A stretch of DNA of 64,000 nucleotides from a virus (Duplodnaviria > Caudoviricetes). Shown piece by piece: positions 1-11,900 of the stretch. The stretch spans positions 32,001-96,000 of IMG/VR virus record IMGVR_UViG_2974779332_000001, one strand, 5' to 3'. Under the pieces are notes generated by a model. That model was not told where the DNA came from. It made no database searches and worked only from the letters and a program-made list of their open reading frames with translations. The number at the start of each line of letters is the position of its first letter. The stretch's first letter is position 1. The position numbers and the translations under genes are program-made.

Positions 1-151
1 GCAAAGTTCATGAGGCGATTCAAGGTCGCCCGGCGCAAAACAGGAAGAATCTCTGTTGCTGACAGCAGAGCCAGTTTTGAGAATGGTGCTCGTCTAGCAG
101 AAGAATTCCTACAGGAAAGACTAAGAAAGAATGTAGCAAGAAGGAGAGGAA

Positions 152-658
152 ATGCCGAACTATAAACTAACAGGGTCACATGCGGTTAACGCATTCACAC
201 AGGCCAAGCTTGTAGAAGCTGGCATTATCAACATGAATGATTACAAGATGTTGACTCCTATCATCCCAGCACAACAGCAGCCAGAATTCACTAACTTGGC
301 CAAGGGAATCCCGTTCATCGTTTACAACTATGCACAGGAAGGCACCTACGAAGATTGGTGGCTTGAGCACGAGCAACTTGCGTACGTGGTATATACCGAT
401 GACGCAAATAAAATCAGAGACATTATTCACTATCTCAATCAGCTCTACAGAAGATATGACTGGTCAGCAGATGAGGTAAACGACTGGCTTCGTGCAAATG
501 GCACAGCAAACCAGAAGGCATTTGAGATGAAGTACATCCGAGTAGTAAACGCAACAAGTATCGAACCGGCAACAGAAGAGGGCGGAAGGCATTCAGCAAT
601 GATTGTTCTTAACGTATGCTTCACTGGCAGTCTAGATAATGACGGTATGAGAGTCTAG
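152..658 (+). CDS. putative tail terminator / head-tail joining protein
   Basis: 168-aa ORF with RBS (GAGGAGG), immediately upstream of the major tail gene; assignment is positional. Confidence 0.55.
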   Translation: MPNYKLTGSHAVNAFTQAKLVEAGIINMNDYKMLTPIIPAQQQPEFTNLAKGIPFIVYNYAQEGTYEDWWLEHEQLAYVVYTDDANKIRDIIHYLNQLYRRYDWSADEVNDWLRANGTANQKAFEMKYIRVVNATSIEPATEEGGRHSAMIVLNVCFTGSLDNDGMRV

Positions 659-749
659 TTTGCTTCATAACCTCGGAGCCATTAACATAATCTTGAGGAA
701 GTGCTCTAGCCAAGCAACACTTTTTCAAGAAAAGAGGTGAAAAGCAAAC

Positions 750-1373
750 ATGGCATATCAGGTAAAGAACATCATTATTGGTGCAGCAGCGGTTTACCTT
801 TCTGCTGAGGACTCAACAGAATGGACCAGCGCGCCAGTCCTTCCAACCGTTTCCGGAACTAACAGCATGACGCCTGCCCTAGATGGTAGCGCTGACTGGA
901 AGCACTCTGGATTTACGTCCGAAGGTGTCGAGGTTTCTTACGAGCCAGACTACGGCGAGGTAGAAGTTGACCAGCTTCTTGACTCTGCGAAGCTATTCAA
1001 GCAGTCCATGAGAGTTATGGTTAACACCACATTCTCTGAGGCTACCCTTGAGAATCTTCTCATTGTTTGGGGTCAGCAGAACAGCAGCTTCTCAACTGAC
1101 GCTACTTCTGAGACTCTGGCGATTTCCGCTGGTGCACTTGGAGACGAGCCAACTGAGCGTTCCGTAGCATTTGTCGGCCCTGCACCACGTGCAGACGCCG
1201 GTACGAAGAGAGAGCGTGTATACCACGTAAGACGTGCTCTATCAATTGAGTCTTCTTCTCACTCACTGAGGAGAAATGAGGCAACGGTATTCCCAGTCTC
1301 ATTCCGACTTCTTCCAGACCCAAGCTTCTCTGGTCAGGAATACGGTGTGATTAAGGACAGGAACATCGCCTAA
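750..1373 (+). CDS. major tail (tube) protein
   Basis: 207 aa; NIIIGAA..YL, GFTSEGVEVSYEP and EVEVDQ motifs typical of siphovirus tail tube proteins; precedes chaperones and tape measure. Confidence 0.85.
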   Translation: MAYQVKNIIIGAAAVYLSAEDSTEWTSAPVLPTVSGTNSMTPALDGSADWKHSGFTSEGVEVSYEPDYGEVEVDQLLDSAKLFKQSMRVMVNTTFSEATLENLLIVWGQQNSSFSTDATSETLAISAGALGDEPTERSVAFVGPAPRADAGTKRERVYHVRRALSIESSSHSLRRNEATVFPVSFRLLPDPSFSGQEYGVIKDRNIA

Positions 1374-1391
1374 TCCAAGACGTTTAGCGTT

Positions 1392-1411
1392 AGCCCCCGA
1401 AAGGGGGCTTT
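1392..1411 (+). terminator. intrinsic terminator after major tail gene
   Basis: GCCCCC-GAAA-GGGGGC hairpin followed by TTT. Confidence 0.75.
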
Positions 1412-1469
1412 CGCATTTTGGATTGTGACAAAGCGTTGATATAATGATTTCAAACACATAGGAGGAAAT

Positions 1470-1811
1470 GTGGCAACAAGCGTATACACAGTCGAAGAGA
1501 TTGTGCTACAGGACGGTAATGAGGTGACACTCAAGCCGCTAAACATTAAGAATCTTCGTAAGTTCATGAAGAAGTTCAAGGAACTAGATGGACTTAAGGA
1601 TGACGACCAGGTAGTTGACTTCCTAATTGAGGTAGGACAGCTATGTCTCTCATCTCTGTACAAGGAGTACGAGGACACCGAGAAGTTTGAGGATGCCGTT
1701 GACATGCCAACAGTCCACAAGATTATTGAAATTTGTGGAGGGGTCAAGCTCAACGACCCGGAACTGATGGCCGCAGCAGCGGCAGCGATGGAACAAGCTG
1801 GGACGAGCTAA
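1470..1811 (+). CDS. tail assembly chaperone (G)
   Basis: 113 aa, GTG start with AGGAGG RBS, between major tail and tape measure genes. Confidence 0.8.
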   Translation: MATSVYTVEEIVLQDGNEVTLKPLNIKNLRKFMKKFKELDGLKDDDQVVDFLIEVGQLCLSSLYKEYEDTEKFEDAVDMPTVHKIIEICGGVKLNDPELMAAAAAAMEQAGTS

Positions 1812-2107
1812 ATCTAGTTAAGCTTGAAGCAGAACTTTTCCTGCTAGGCATTTGGAAGAATTTTGAGGAGATGGAAGAAAACCTCACGTTGGCAGAGCTG
1901 GAAACTCTCCTTGAAGCCAAACGTGATGCAGACTTCCAGCAGAACAAATTTACGGCAGCACTCAAGGGAATTGACCTTGAAGAACCGCAAAGTGATGCAC
2001 CTACCTTTGATGACATCAAGCGCAGAGCAGAAGCCAAGAACAGAGGAGTCTCAACCGAGGTGTTGGAGTTCGCTGAAATTGGCATTGGTATAGAAGGAGA
2101 TGACTGA
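1733..2107 (+). CDS. tail assembly chaperone C-terminal extension (T), probably expressed by -1 frameshift
   Basis: Overlapping ORF in the -1 frame directly before tape measure, no convincing RBS of its own. Confidence 0.65.
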   Translation: MWRGQAQRPGTDGRSSGSDGTSWDELNLVKLEAELFLLGIWKNFEEMEENLTLAELETLLEAKRDADFQQNKFTAALKGIDLEEPQSDAPTFDDIKRRAEAKNRGVSTEVLEFAEIGIGIEGDD

Positions 2108-5100
2108 CAATAGAGAATATTAATATCCGCTTTAGCGCTACTGCGGATTTCCGTGCGGCTTCCAGAGAAATCGAAGCCATTAATGCTCAGCTTGCAGCAA
2201 TGCAGGCTAATTTGGCACGCGGAATGACGCCAGCGGCACTATCAGCAAATCAGGCGGCATTCAGGAATCAGGTTCGCAGTCTTGGTAGCATGACTACCGA
2301 GACTATGCGTGTTGCCTCAGCTTCCGAAATGTACACCAAGGCATTGCAGAAGCAGGATATTTCTCTACGTCAGGCTCTCCGTAATCGCCAGACCTTTAAC
2401 CAGGTTCTTCGTGAGCAGTATCAGCTAAGTCGAGCTGCATCTGTTCAGTGGACGACAGGTACGCGAGGTGCGTCTACTATGGACCTAATCGTCCCTAGAG
2501 ACGCACCAGAGCGCCTAGGTAAATTCAGACAAACACTTAACGCGGTACGCGCAGGAACCATTACTACAAATGCTGCGCTAGGCGAGATGGCCATTAAGAT
2601 GGGTCTCGTCAGCCAGGTCACGTCTTCTGCCGCTGCCAACATGATTAAGTGGGGTAAGAACACTCAGTGGGCCGGACGCCAGCTAATGGTTGGTCTTACT
2701 GTTCCTGTTGTAGCGGCCGGTGCTGCAATGGGTAAGCTTGCATACGATGTAGAATCACAGATGACACGTATTGCAAAGGTATATGACTTCTCTGTATCAA
2801 AGGACACGAATGCAGCGAAGTTTGCTCAGGAGTCAGCATCCCTAAGAGCTAATTCATTCCGAGTTGCCAAGAATGCCGCAGAGCAATATGGTGCTTCAAT
2901 GAAGGACACTCTAAAGGTAGAGGCTGACCTAGCAGCGACCGGTGAAAAGGGTAATGAACTTATCGGTAAGACCAACGAGGTTATGCGTCTCGCCACCCTT
3001 GGTGAAATGGATTACCAGAAGGCTCTTGACACAACCATCACCTTGCAGTCAGTATATGGTGACAATACTTCAAAGCTTGCCGAAGACTTTAACTATATGA
3101 ACGCGGTAGAGAATGCTACCTCACTTTCTATTGAGGACTTCTCTAAGGCTATTCCAAAGGTAGCAGCGCCTATGAAGACTCTTGGAGGTTCACTCCAGGA
3201 CGTAGGTACGCTGCTCGTTGCCATGCGTGCACGTGGTATTAATGCAGTCGAAGGTGCTAACGCAATCAAGGCGTCATTCACCCGAGTCCTCAAGCCTACA
3301 AAGCAGGCAAAGGACATGTTCGAAATTCTTACGCGCCAGTCTCTGACGGAGCTGACTGACAAGACAAAGGGTGAGGTAATCCCTACCTTTGTAGCATTGC
3401 AGAAGGCAACCGCAGGACTGTCCGGTAAGAACAAGCAGAAGCTATTCTCAGCTCTATTCGGAACTCAGCAGACGACACGTCTCCAGGCAATCGTCGAGGA
3501 AATGGCCAATCTTGAGGACACAACGACTCAGGTTGGTAAGGCTTACGCGCTTGCAGGAAAGGAGTCTTCTAGCTGGGCAGACGCAGCCAGCCGAGAGATG
3601 GAAGCATTGCAGAAGTCTCCATCAGGACGACTAAAGATTGCCATTGAGTCTCTAAAGGTTGAGCTGGCAGAGGCAGGTAAGCCATTCCTTACTGTAGCAG
3701 GTGCAATTGTTCAGGCGGTAACAAAGATTGTCTCAGCATTCAATGAGCTACCAGGACCAGTAAAGTCATTCGCAACCATCGCAATTATTGCCGGTGCGAT
3801 TGCAGGTCCAATCATTATGCTAGTCGGTCTATTTGCCAACCTTGCTGGACAGGCTCTTGCAATGGGTGCAGGGCTTCTTGGACTCGTATTCCGATTCCGT
3901 GCACTTCTACCAGAACAGGTGGCATCACGTCTTGCCTCAATGCAGCAGGCAACAGCAATGCAGACTCAGGCTGGTGCCACACAGGCCCTTATCGCAACTG
4001 TTAATGAATTGACAGCAGCCCTTACACGAGCTACAGCAGCTCAGACAGGGCTACAAACTGCTGCCCGCAGAACGGCTCAAATGGGTGTGCAGCCAGGAAT
4101 TGTTTCTGGTGCTCCACTTCCACCAGCAAGGCCAGCTACCCCAACGGTTACCGGCCCAATTACAATGACTGGTGCTGGATACCGCGATGCAACTGGACGT
4201 GCTCTAACACAGGCAGAAGTTAGAAACTGGCAGGCGGCTCAGAACGCGTCTACGCAGATTAACAACAATGCCACAAGAACACGTCGTACATGGCAGCAGA
4301 TGGGAAGCAGTTTCCAGAACGTAGCGCTAGCAGCAGGATTTATGGGAACAATGGTTACCGACTCAGGAACCATGGCTAACAACATTTCCCAGATGATTAT
4401 CCCTCTAGCCCTGTTCGGACCAATGCTTATTGGACCTATCACCAAGTTCGCAGGAGCCATTAAGACAATTGCTATGCCAGCAATCAGTGCCATTGGTAGT
4501 GCAGCCACATCCGTATTCGGAACTGTTGCTACCAGAGGCCGAGCAGCCATGGGCGCAGTACGTAGCTCAATTGGAGGCGCGGTAGCTGCAATGGGTGGTC
4601 TTAGTGCGATTATGGGTACAGCCCTAGCAGTTGCCCTTGCAATTGGTGCAGCCTGGTACATTATCAACAAGAACATTGCAGCCTCTCGAAAGGAACAGGA
4701 AAACATTGAGAGGTCTGCCGATGCATGGTCAAAGACTCTAGGATTTGCCTACACCGAGCAGCAGAAGATTGTTGCTCAGGGTGGAAAGAATGTAGATTCT
4801 CTTAACGACAAGATGAACACCTTCAAGAAGAACAACAAGGACGCATACAACGATATGCAGAAGTTCTACGACGCATCCGAAGCTGAGAAGTGGGGACGTG
4901 CTATTGAAGAGGGTGTAAAGGTTCGTCTTCACGGTGGTACAAAGAGCGCGGCAGAAGAGGCCACGAAGGTTGCTCTTGGTATCATGGGTCAGCGTTATTC
5001 AAAGGCTCAATTTGAGTACAAGCTAAAGGCTCAAATTGACTTTGATGACGTAGAGGCAACCATTAAGAAGAGAATGAAGGACGCAGCTCAGGATATGTCT

Positions 5101-8100
5101 GACGCAACGAATCTAAAGTTCGACCAGTCAAAGTCTGAGAGTTTCGGACGATTTTTTGCCAACCCAGGAACCATTCAGCAGAAGGCCGGTGTTGCAGTAA
5201 GACAGAACGCTAAGGACTTGTGGGATATTTATGACAATACCCAGGAGGCCGAAAAGAAGCGTGTCTTCGCACAGATTGCCGACGCAGCAAACTCTGAATC
5301 AGTAAAGCTATTCGAGACCTATAAGAAGAAGTATTCCAAGGAATTCAAGGAAATGGGTATCGAGACCTTCAAGGACTGGACTGACTACCTCAGTGAAAAC
5401 ACGGGCGGCGGCCAGGAAGGAACTACCCTTGGAGTAAAGCTTGGACTATCTGATGGAGAAATCCACAAGGTCCAGCGTGCTGCTGATGCTGTAAAGGACT
5501 TCAATAAGGAATTCGCAGACCAGCAGGGTATTCCAAAGGGTAAAGCAACCTACAACACAGAAGACCTTAAGAAGTACATCCCAGAACTCAATAAGGTTGA
5601 AAAGCAGACCTGGACTGTAAAGCAGGCTCAGGACATGTACAACTCAACTCTTAGAGAGTATTCACGAGCAGGTGTAAGCATGGATAACCAGACCAAGCTT
5701 AACACTCTTAACACCTATCGTAGAATGGCTGGGCTCGAAGATGCTACTAAGGTCGAGCAGGGATTCCAGAAGGCAATCGATAATTCAACCGATTCCCTAA
5801 GCCAGAACCTTGACGCCATTGAAATGAATTCTGACAATGTTGGTCAGTTTGTAGATGCTTACAAGAGCGCGTTCTCAAACACACAGAGCGACGCTCTAGG
5901 TGAGGCTGAGAACATTATGAACAACCAGCAGGAAGCTGAAATCGACGCCATCAACGCTCGCTCAGAGGCCCGCTCAAAGGCCCTGGACGCTGCTCAGGAA
6001 AAGGCAGATGACAGGTTCGATGCTCGCCAGGAACGAACTGAAAAGCGTTTCGAGGCGAAGCAGGACGCCCTTGATAAGAAGTACGAGAAGAAGCAGAAGG
6101 CGTTCGACAAGAAGTGGGATAACATCATGGAAAACCACGACAAGAAGTGGGAAGGCCGTACTGATGCTATCAACAAGCTATACGACGCACGAGTAAAGAA
6201 GATTGAAGACGCAATCAAGGCTGAGGAAGATGCCGAGAATAAGCGTCAGGAAATCTTCGAGAAGGAAAAGACTCGTATGCAGCGCATGGCTTCTTTGGCG
6301 AATCAGAACATCGATTTCAACATGGCCATCAATTCAGGTAATCTAGATGAGGCTGCCAAGATTGGTAACAACATTCAGGCTGACATGAATGAATGGGCAA
6401 CTGAGGATGCTGCTGCGTCAAGTCAGTCTGCTTCCGACAAGAAGATTGAAGGACTTAACAAGCAGAAGGATTCTGTTGAGGCAGAGCGTGACAAGCGACT
6501 AAAGGTCATCCAGCAAATGGAAGAGGCCGAAAAGAAGCAGCTCGAAAACCGAAAGGAAAGAGAGCAGGAAGCTCTGAATGCTCAGCGTGAAGCTGCAAAC
6601 AAGTCATTGCAGGTTGCCCGTGAAAAGGCCCTAAAGCAGATTCAGATTGAGCGTGAAGCTTACCAGAAGATGATTCAGGCTCAGCGTGAGGCTCTACAGA
6701 AGGAGACTCAGGATAAGACAAAGGCTGTACAGCGCAAGTACGAGGCTGCTAAGCGTGGTCTTGAAAATGAGCTGGCGACATTGAAGGCATTTGTTCCTCG
6801 TAACAAGAAGGAGCTAGATGACCATATCAAGAAGATTGAAGAGGCTTACAAGAAGTATGGTGTAAACCTAAAGGGCAAGGGTAATGACTGGTCCAAGTAC
6901 ATCAAGGAAAGTCTTAACAAGAACATCAAGGCTGCCGCTTCTGACCTAAAGAACACCATCGCTTGGGACAAGCTTGGTAAGTCTGTCGCAAACGAGATTT
7001 CTGAGGGAGCCTTTGGTCTAACTATCGGTCAGTTCTCAACTTGGGTAACTAAGGGAACTCTGCCAAAGTCTGGTCTCAATGAGAAGTCTGGAAAGAATAA
7101 GTCTCTAGACGCTCACCACGAGGGTGGACTAATTGGTGGAAAGGCCGGTGGTTCTGGTAGAACCGGTTACTCTGGTGGACGTGCTCATTCAGAGATTGAT
7201 ATTCGTGCCAAGAAGGGCGAGTTCATGATGAAGGACAAGGCCGTAAAGAAGTACGGTGTTGACTTCATGGAGAATCTAAACTCTGGAAAGCTCGGAACTG
7301 GTGGAATTGGTGGAGCCGAAGGAATGGGTCTCGCTGGTGTCCTTGGTGCTGGAATGTTCGGAATGATGCAGAATGTAATCCAGGCTGGTCTACAGCAGGG
7401 TGCTAACCAGGCAATGATGCTCGGTATTGCAGGAACCGCTATTCCTGGAGCTGCTGGTATTTATGGTGGAATCAACCTAACCGCTGAGCAGCTACAGAAT
7501 GCGGCTACCATTATTGCGACCGGTAAGGGAATGGGTGCAAACAACAATGACCTTATCGTATCCATCATGACTGCAATGCAGGAATCAGGAATCCGAAACC
7601 TCAAGTACGGTGACCGTGACTCCATTGGTCTATTCCAGCAGCGTCCTTCTCAGGGCTGGGGTACAGTAGAGCAGATTCTAAATCCTTCTTACGCAGCAAC
7701 GCAGTTCTTCAAGCACTTGCTTGCAATGAAGGGAAGAGGAAAGCTCAGCCTAACTCAGCAGGCTCAGGCAGTTCAGCGTTCTGGATTCCCTGGCGCTTAT
7801 GCTAAGTGGGAAGACATGGCTCGTGCGGTTGTTTCTGCTACTACGTTCCAGGCTCTTACTGGAAATGGTGGATTCCGTCGTCCAGTTCAGGGACCTGTTT
7901 CCCGAGACTGGGCACACCACAGCAACCTTCCAAGAGCTACTGACTTCGGAGTTCCAGTTGGAACACCAATTGTCGCGGCAATGAATGGTAATGTCACTAC
8001 ATCTAAGGACCTTAAGGGTTCTGGTAATGGTGGATACCGTTCATACGGTAGATACATCACCATTGGAAATGGAATGGACAGCACACTCTACGCTCACCTT

Positions 8101-8505
8101 TCAAGGAGAAGCGTAAGCGCTGGACAGAGTGTTCGTGCAGGACAGCTAATTGGTTACTCTGGTAACACAGGTAATTCAACCGGTCCTCACCTCCACTTTG
8201 AGACCTGGCGCGGTGGAAAGGATATTCCTCCAGGCACCTTTGGAATTCCTGGTCTTGCAGTAGGTGGAAAGATTAAGTACGACAACACCATTGCAAACCT
8301 TCATAGAAATGAGGCAGTTCTTACAGCTCCACTCACAGCAAAGCTTGAGAATGGAATTGACAGAATTGACTCAGGAGGCGGTAACACTTACAATTTCAAT
8401 ATCAATGCAGAAGCTATCAACACTGAGATTGACTTTGAGAAGGTTGTTACCAAGGTTCTTAACAAGGTTGAGAGCAATAAGGGAAGGAGCAGGAAGGTAC
8501 AGTAA
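2104..8505 (+). CDS. tape measure protein with C-terminal lytic transglycosylase-like and M23 peptidase domains
   Basis: Over 2100 aa, Ala/Gly-rich helical with TM segments and coiled coil; AMQES..GLFQQ (SLT-like) and DFG..GTP / YAHL / GPHLHFE (M23). Frame is open from 2104; first ATG at 2200. Confidence 0.95.
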   Translation: MTIENINIRFSATADFRAASREIEAINAQLAAMQANLARGMTPAALSANQAAFRNQVRSLGSMTTETMRVASASEMYTKALQKQDISLRQALRNRQTFNQVLREQYQLSRAASVQWTTGTRGASTMDLIVPRDAPERLGKFRQTLNAVRAGTITTNAALGEMAIKMGLVSQVTSSAAANMIKWGKNTQWAGRQLMVGLTVPVVAAGAAMGKLAYDVESQMTRIAKVYDFSVSKDTNAAKFAQESASLRANSFRVAKNAAEQYGASMKDTLKVEADLAATGEKGNELIGKTNEVMRLATLGEMDYQKALDTTITLQSVYGDNTSKLAEDFNYMNAVENATSLSIEDFSKAIPKVAAPMKTLGGSLQDVGTLLVAMRARGINAVEGANAIKASFTRVLKPTKQAKDMFEILTRQSLTELTDKTKGEVIPTFVALQKATAGLSGKNKQKLFSALFGTQQTTRLQAIVEEMANLEDTTTQVGKAYALAGKESSSWADAASREMEALQKSPSGRLKIAIESLKVELAEAGKPFLTVAGAIVQAVTKIVSAFNELPGPVKSFATIAIIAGAIAGPIIMLVGLFANLAGQALAMGAGLLGLVFRFRALLPEQVASRLASMQQATAMQTQAGATQALIATVNELTAALTRATAAQTGLQTAARRTAQMGVQPGIVSGAPLPPARPATPTVTGPITMTGAGYRDATGRALTQAEVRNWQAAQNASTQINNNATRTRRTWQQMGSSFQNVALAAGFMGTMVTDSGTMANNISQMIIPLALFGPMLIGPITKFAGAIKTIAMPAISAIGSAATSVFGTVATRGRAAMGAVRSSIGGAVAAMGGLSAIMGTALAVALAIGAAWYIINKNIAASRKEQENIERSADAWSKTLGFAYTEQQKIVAQGGKNVDSLNDKMNTFKKNNKDAYNDMQKFYDASEAEKWGRAIEEGVKVRLHGGTKSAAEEATKVALGIMGQRYSKAQFEYKLKAQIDFDDVEATIKKRMKDAAQDMSDATNLKFDQSKSESFGRFFANPGTIQQKAGVAVRQNAKDLWDIYDNTQEAEKKRVFAQIADAANSESVKLFETYKKKYSKEFKEMGIETFKDWTDYLSENTGGGQEGTTLGVKLGLSDGEIHKVQRAADAVKDFNKEFADQQGIPKGKATYNTEDLKKYIPELNKVEKQTWTVKQAQDMYNSTLREYSRAGVSMDNQTKLNTLNTYRRMAGLEDATKVEQGFQKAIDNSTDSLSQNLDAIEMNSDNVGQFVDAYKSAFSNTQSDALGEAENIMNNQQEAEIDAINARSEARSKALDAAQEKADDRFDARQERTEKRFEAKQDALDKKYEKKQKAFDKKWDNIMENHDKKWEGRTDAINKLYDARVKKIEDAIKAEEDAENKRQEIFEKEKTRMQRMASLANQNIDFNMAINSGNLDEAAKIGNNIQADMNEWATEDAAASSQSASDKKIEGLNKQKDSVEAERDKRLKVIQQMEEAEKKQLENRKEREQEALNAQREAANKSLQVAREKALKQIQIEREAYQKMIQAQREALQKETQDKTKAVQRKYEAAKRGLENELATLKAFVPRNKKELDDHIKKIEEAYKKYGVNLKGKGNDWSKYIKESLNKNIKAAASDLKNTIAWDKLGKSVANEISEGAFGLTIGQFSTWVTKGTLPKSGLNEKSGKNKSLDAHHEGGLIGGKAGGSGRTGYSGGRAHSEIDIRAKKGEFMMKDKAVKKYGVDFMENLNSGKLGTGGIGGAEGMGLAGVLGAGMFGMMQNVIQAGLQQGANQAMMLGIAGTAIPGAAGIYGGINLTAEQLQNAATIIATGKGMGANNNDLIVSIMTAMQESGIRNLKYGDRDSIGLFQQRPSQGWGTVEQILNPSYAATQFFKHLLAMKGRGKLSLTQQAQAVQRSGFPGAYAKWEDMARAVVSATTFQALTGNGGFRRPVQGPVSRDWAHHSNLPRATDFGVPVGTPIVAAMNGNVTTSKDLKGSGNGGYRSYGRYITIGNGMDSTLYAHLSRRSVSAGQSVRAGQLIGYSGNTGNSTGPHLHFETWRGGKDIPPGTFGIPGLAVGGKIKYDNTIANLHRNEAVLTAPLTAKLENGIDRIDSGGGNTYNFNINAEAINTEIDFEKVVTKVLNKVESNKGRSRKVQ

Positions 8506-8906
8506 TGCCTATTACATTTGCCAAGCCAAGACTGATGCGTTGGGCTAACAACGCAATTTCTGACCACAATCGTGCGGAACTCTCAATCGACGTTGAGCGA
8601 ATTGAGAAAAAGCAGCGTATGGCAGATGGCACCATGAGAAAGTACATTGTTGCAGACAAGCGTACTTTCGGTGTGTCATGGCAGAACCTACCGCATTCCT
8701 CCTCCTATACGGTAGACGGTTTCTGGGGTGCGCGTCAAATGAAGTCATTCTTTGACGCCACCCCAGGGGCCTTTACACTAGAGCTGACGTATGGAGACGG
8801 AACGGTAGAAACATATCAGGTCATGTTTTCTGACTTCAACATGAACCTAACAAAGAGAGGTCATTACGACTTCTACGAAGTCACAGTTTCATTGGAACAG
8901 GTATAA
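8505..8906 (+). CDS. minor tail protein (distal tail-like)
   Basis: 133 aa directly after tape measure, coupled TAATG. Confidence 0.65.
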   Translation: MPITFAKPRLMRWANNAISDHNRAELSIDVERIEKKQRMADGTMRKYIVADKRTFGVSWQNLPHSSSYTVDGFWGARQMKSFFDATPGAFTLELTYGDGTVETYQVMFSDFNMNLTKRGHYDFYEVTVSLEQV

Positions 8907-11900
8907 ATGCAGACAACGACACTTGAAGTGAACAAGCTATTGAAGGAGGGGCTAGCCGTAAAGGCTCTGCCCCAGCTTATTGCTGAATGGAATATGAATC
9001 GTTATGCTGGGATTCAGACAGTAGACAGCACCCCAACAGAATATGATGAGGGTGACCCAGAATACTACCCAATTGAATCAATTGCCGACCCACTGAGACC
9101 ATCCTCACGAGGAATTGTAAAGGCGCGAGCCAGCGTTGAGGGAATTGTTTCTGAGTACACAGACAGGCCCGGCGATAAAAGGTATTACCTTGCAGACTAT
9201 GATGACCCATATAAGTATTGGTCATCCCCAGTAGCAAGTTCTCTTATTGGTGGGCTCAATGGCTTCTCAAAGACTGTACGACCTTACATCATTTACAAGA
9301 CAGCAAGCTGGACCAACAAGCTGTATTTCCTGTTTGAGAATTCAGCAGCATGGCCTGTGGATTACGATATCGACATCACTACTGACGGTACCAACTGGAC
9401 TACTGTTGGTGGAGACATCATTCCTGATTCCAAGGGGCGTGTTGTTCTGTATCGCCAGGCAAATGGAACTTGGGGTACAGCAGTTTACCGAGACAATCCT
9501 GTAAAGCTAAAGGGTATTCGCCTCAAGGTAAATACGCTTTCATCTGTGGGCAAGTACCTTGAGCTAATCGAGATGTCTTGCCGACTTGAACAGGATTTGA
9601 CAGCAACGTTGATGACTAGCAGTTCTCAGTTCAATATGGGAACAACTTCCTTCATCACGCCTTTGGGCTCAGCTTCATCAAATACTGCAAGCATTCAGCT
9701 TTCAAACATTGATGGACGATACAACAACACCAATGATGAATCCCTGTTTTACGGTCTTGTAGATAAAAACATCAAGTTCACTTATAGAATTGGTTATGAC
9801 ACGACGCCGGTAGGCGGAAGTGGCATGGTCTATGTAACTGAATACACAATGTTCGCAGATAGCTGGGCAGGCCAGGGAGAGGAAATTGCAACAGTTTCCT
9901 TGAAGGACGCATCAAAGTTCTTGCAGGAAATCAAGCCTCCAAAGATGTTCTTCGAGAACATGACTCTTGGACGTATTGTTTGGCAGCTCTGTGACATTAT
10001 TGGATTCAGTGACTATTTCTATGACAAGACTGATGACGACAAGGCAACCATCGTTCCATACTTCTGGACAGATGGAGAAAAGACCATCTGGGAGATTTTC
10101 AGTAGTCTCGCCAGCACGACCCAGTCAGCCATCTACTTTGATGAATTTGGAATTCTACAGATTCTCACCAGAGACAAGGCGTACAACATTGGTAATCCAA
10201 TTGCGTGGCAGCTAGATGGTGTAGTCAATGGAACTAAGCAGCCAGACATTGTTGACGTGGCTCAGAGCTATGACTTCGAAGCAAACAACGTAACTGTCAG
10301 ATATCAGGCTACCAGTATTTCTGATGTCCAGGGTAGAACCCCTGTCATGGACATTGCTTGGCAGCCAGAAGGCGATGTTGTTCTTAGAAGCAGCCAGCTC
10401 AGAGAGTCAATGGATGCTACACAAATGTTCATCAGAATGACCGGCAGCGAAGCATCAGTCTGGCCTTATTCAGGAATCATTGAGTGTGAAGGTGAACTGA
10501 TGCGTTATGACGCAAAGGGCTATTGGTACTACAACAAGTCTGGGGTGGCGACCTTTAAGGCCATCACATCAGCCGATGAAAAGAAGCAGATTGATGAGGA
10601 GCTAAGTTCACCAGAGCTAGCATTCAAGAACTACTTCTCTGGATGGTTCAGAATTGCTGAGCGAGGTCTATGGAACACATATCCAGCAGCACATAAGGAT
10701 GACGCATCTGGATATGGAGTGAAGGTTGCTAATTACAAGGGGGATTACAAGACCTGGACTGGCGGATTCGTTCACAATAAGGACCAGTCAACCATCAGCT
10801 TGAAGGCCACCACATCCACTAACGTCAATACATGTTACGTGGCGTCTCGTGGTAGTGAAACTGATAAAAGCATTTGGTACGTGGGCACCAGGCTTCGTTT
10901 CAGGGACACTGGATACAACCACGGAATGGCTGGCATCGCCTTCAATCTCGGCAGCAAGGACAAGGGCTACTACATGGAGATTTGCCGAACAGACAGACTT
11001 CCAGGTGGGCGAAAGTATCAGAATGAAATCAACTTCTATATCCGTAGAAGCAATGGAAAGCTGGAGCGATTCGGCCCAAGCTCTGGTAAGGGTGTTGCCA
11101 TGGCCATTTCAAAGAATATTTGGTACGACATTGACATCGCCATCAGAATGGAGAACGGTGTTTATGGAGACCCAGGTGCATTTGTTGGTCACGTTATTCA
11201 GGTAAGCATCAATGGTAATTCAGTCATGACCTTCACTATTCCAGTATCAAAGAAGGAGCCTTTGACAGGACGCTTTGGTGTCTTTACTCGTGGAAGCACT
11301 CACGCTGACTTTGAATATCTGTATGGAAATGGAACAACAGAAGACCTGCACATCGATACCACTGATATGTTCGATAGAATTCGCGGCGGCATTGTAAGTA
11401 GCCAGGCTGATTCAGAGTGGATTTACAAGTGGCACTACACAAGTCACATCGTAAAGAAAAAGAAGAAGTATCTGTGGGCCAGATATGCTCAGAGATTCTT
11501 TGATGACTTCGGTCCTATCTGTCATGAGCTTAGAGAGTATGACGTGCAGTTTGATAAGTTCCCTGCCGTTCACTCAAATATCTATTTCTCAAATGACACA
11601 CAGGTCGTCTGTCCTGAATACAATGCCAATCCATTTGGTGCCAAGTTCATTCTTGCAAATGCTTACAGGAATAATGCTATTGTCAACGGTGAAGACACTT
11701 TGACGTTTGGTGCAGATAATCCTGTTGAGCAGAAGCTCATGATTTATGGTCGAACAGTAAACAAGGAAGATGAGAAGACAATTGTTTCCAAGAACGACGA
11801 TGCTATTCGTCGTCGTGGAAGCGTAGAAACAGAAGTCTCCTCTGACTGGATTCAGACAGAGAGTGCTGCTCAAGCCCTCGCAGACTGGATTACTTATCAC

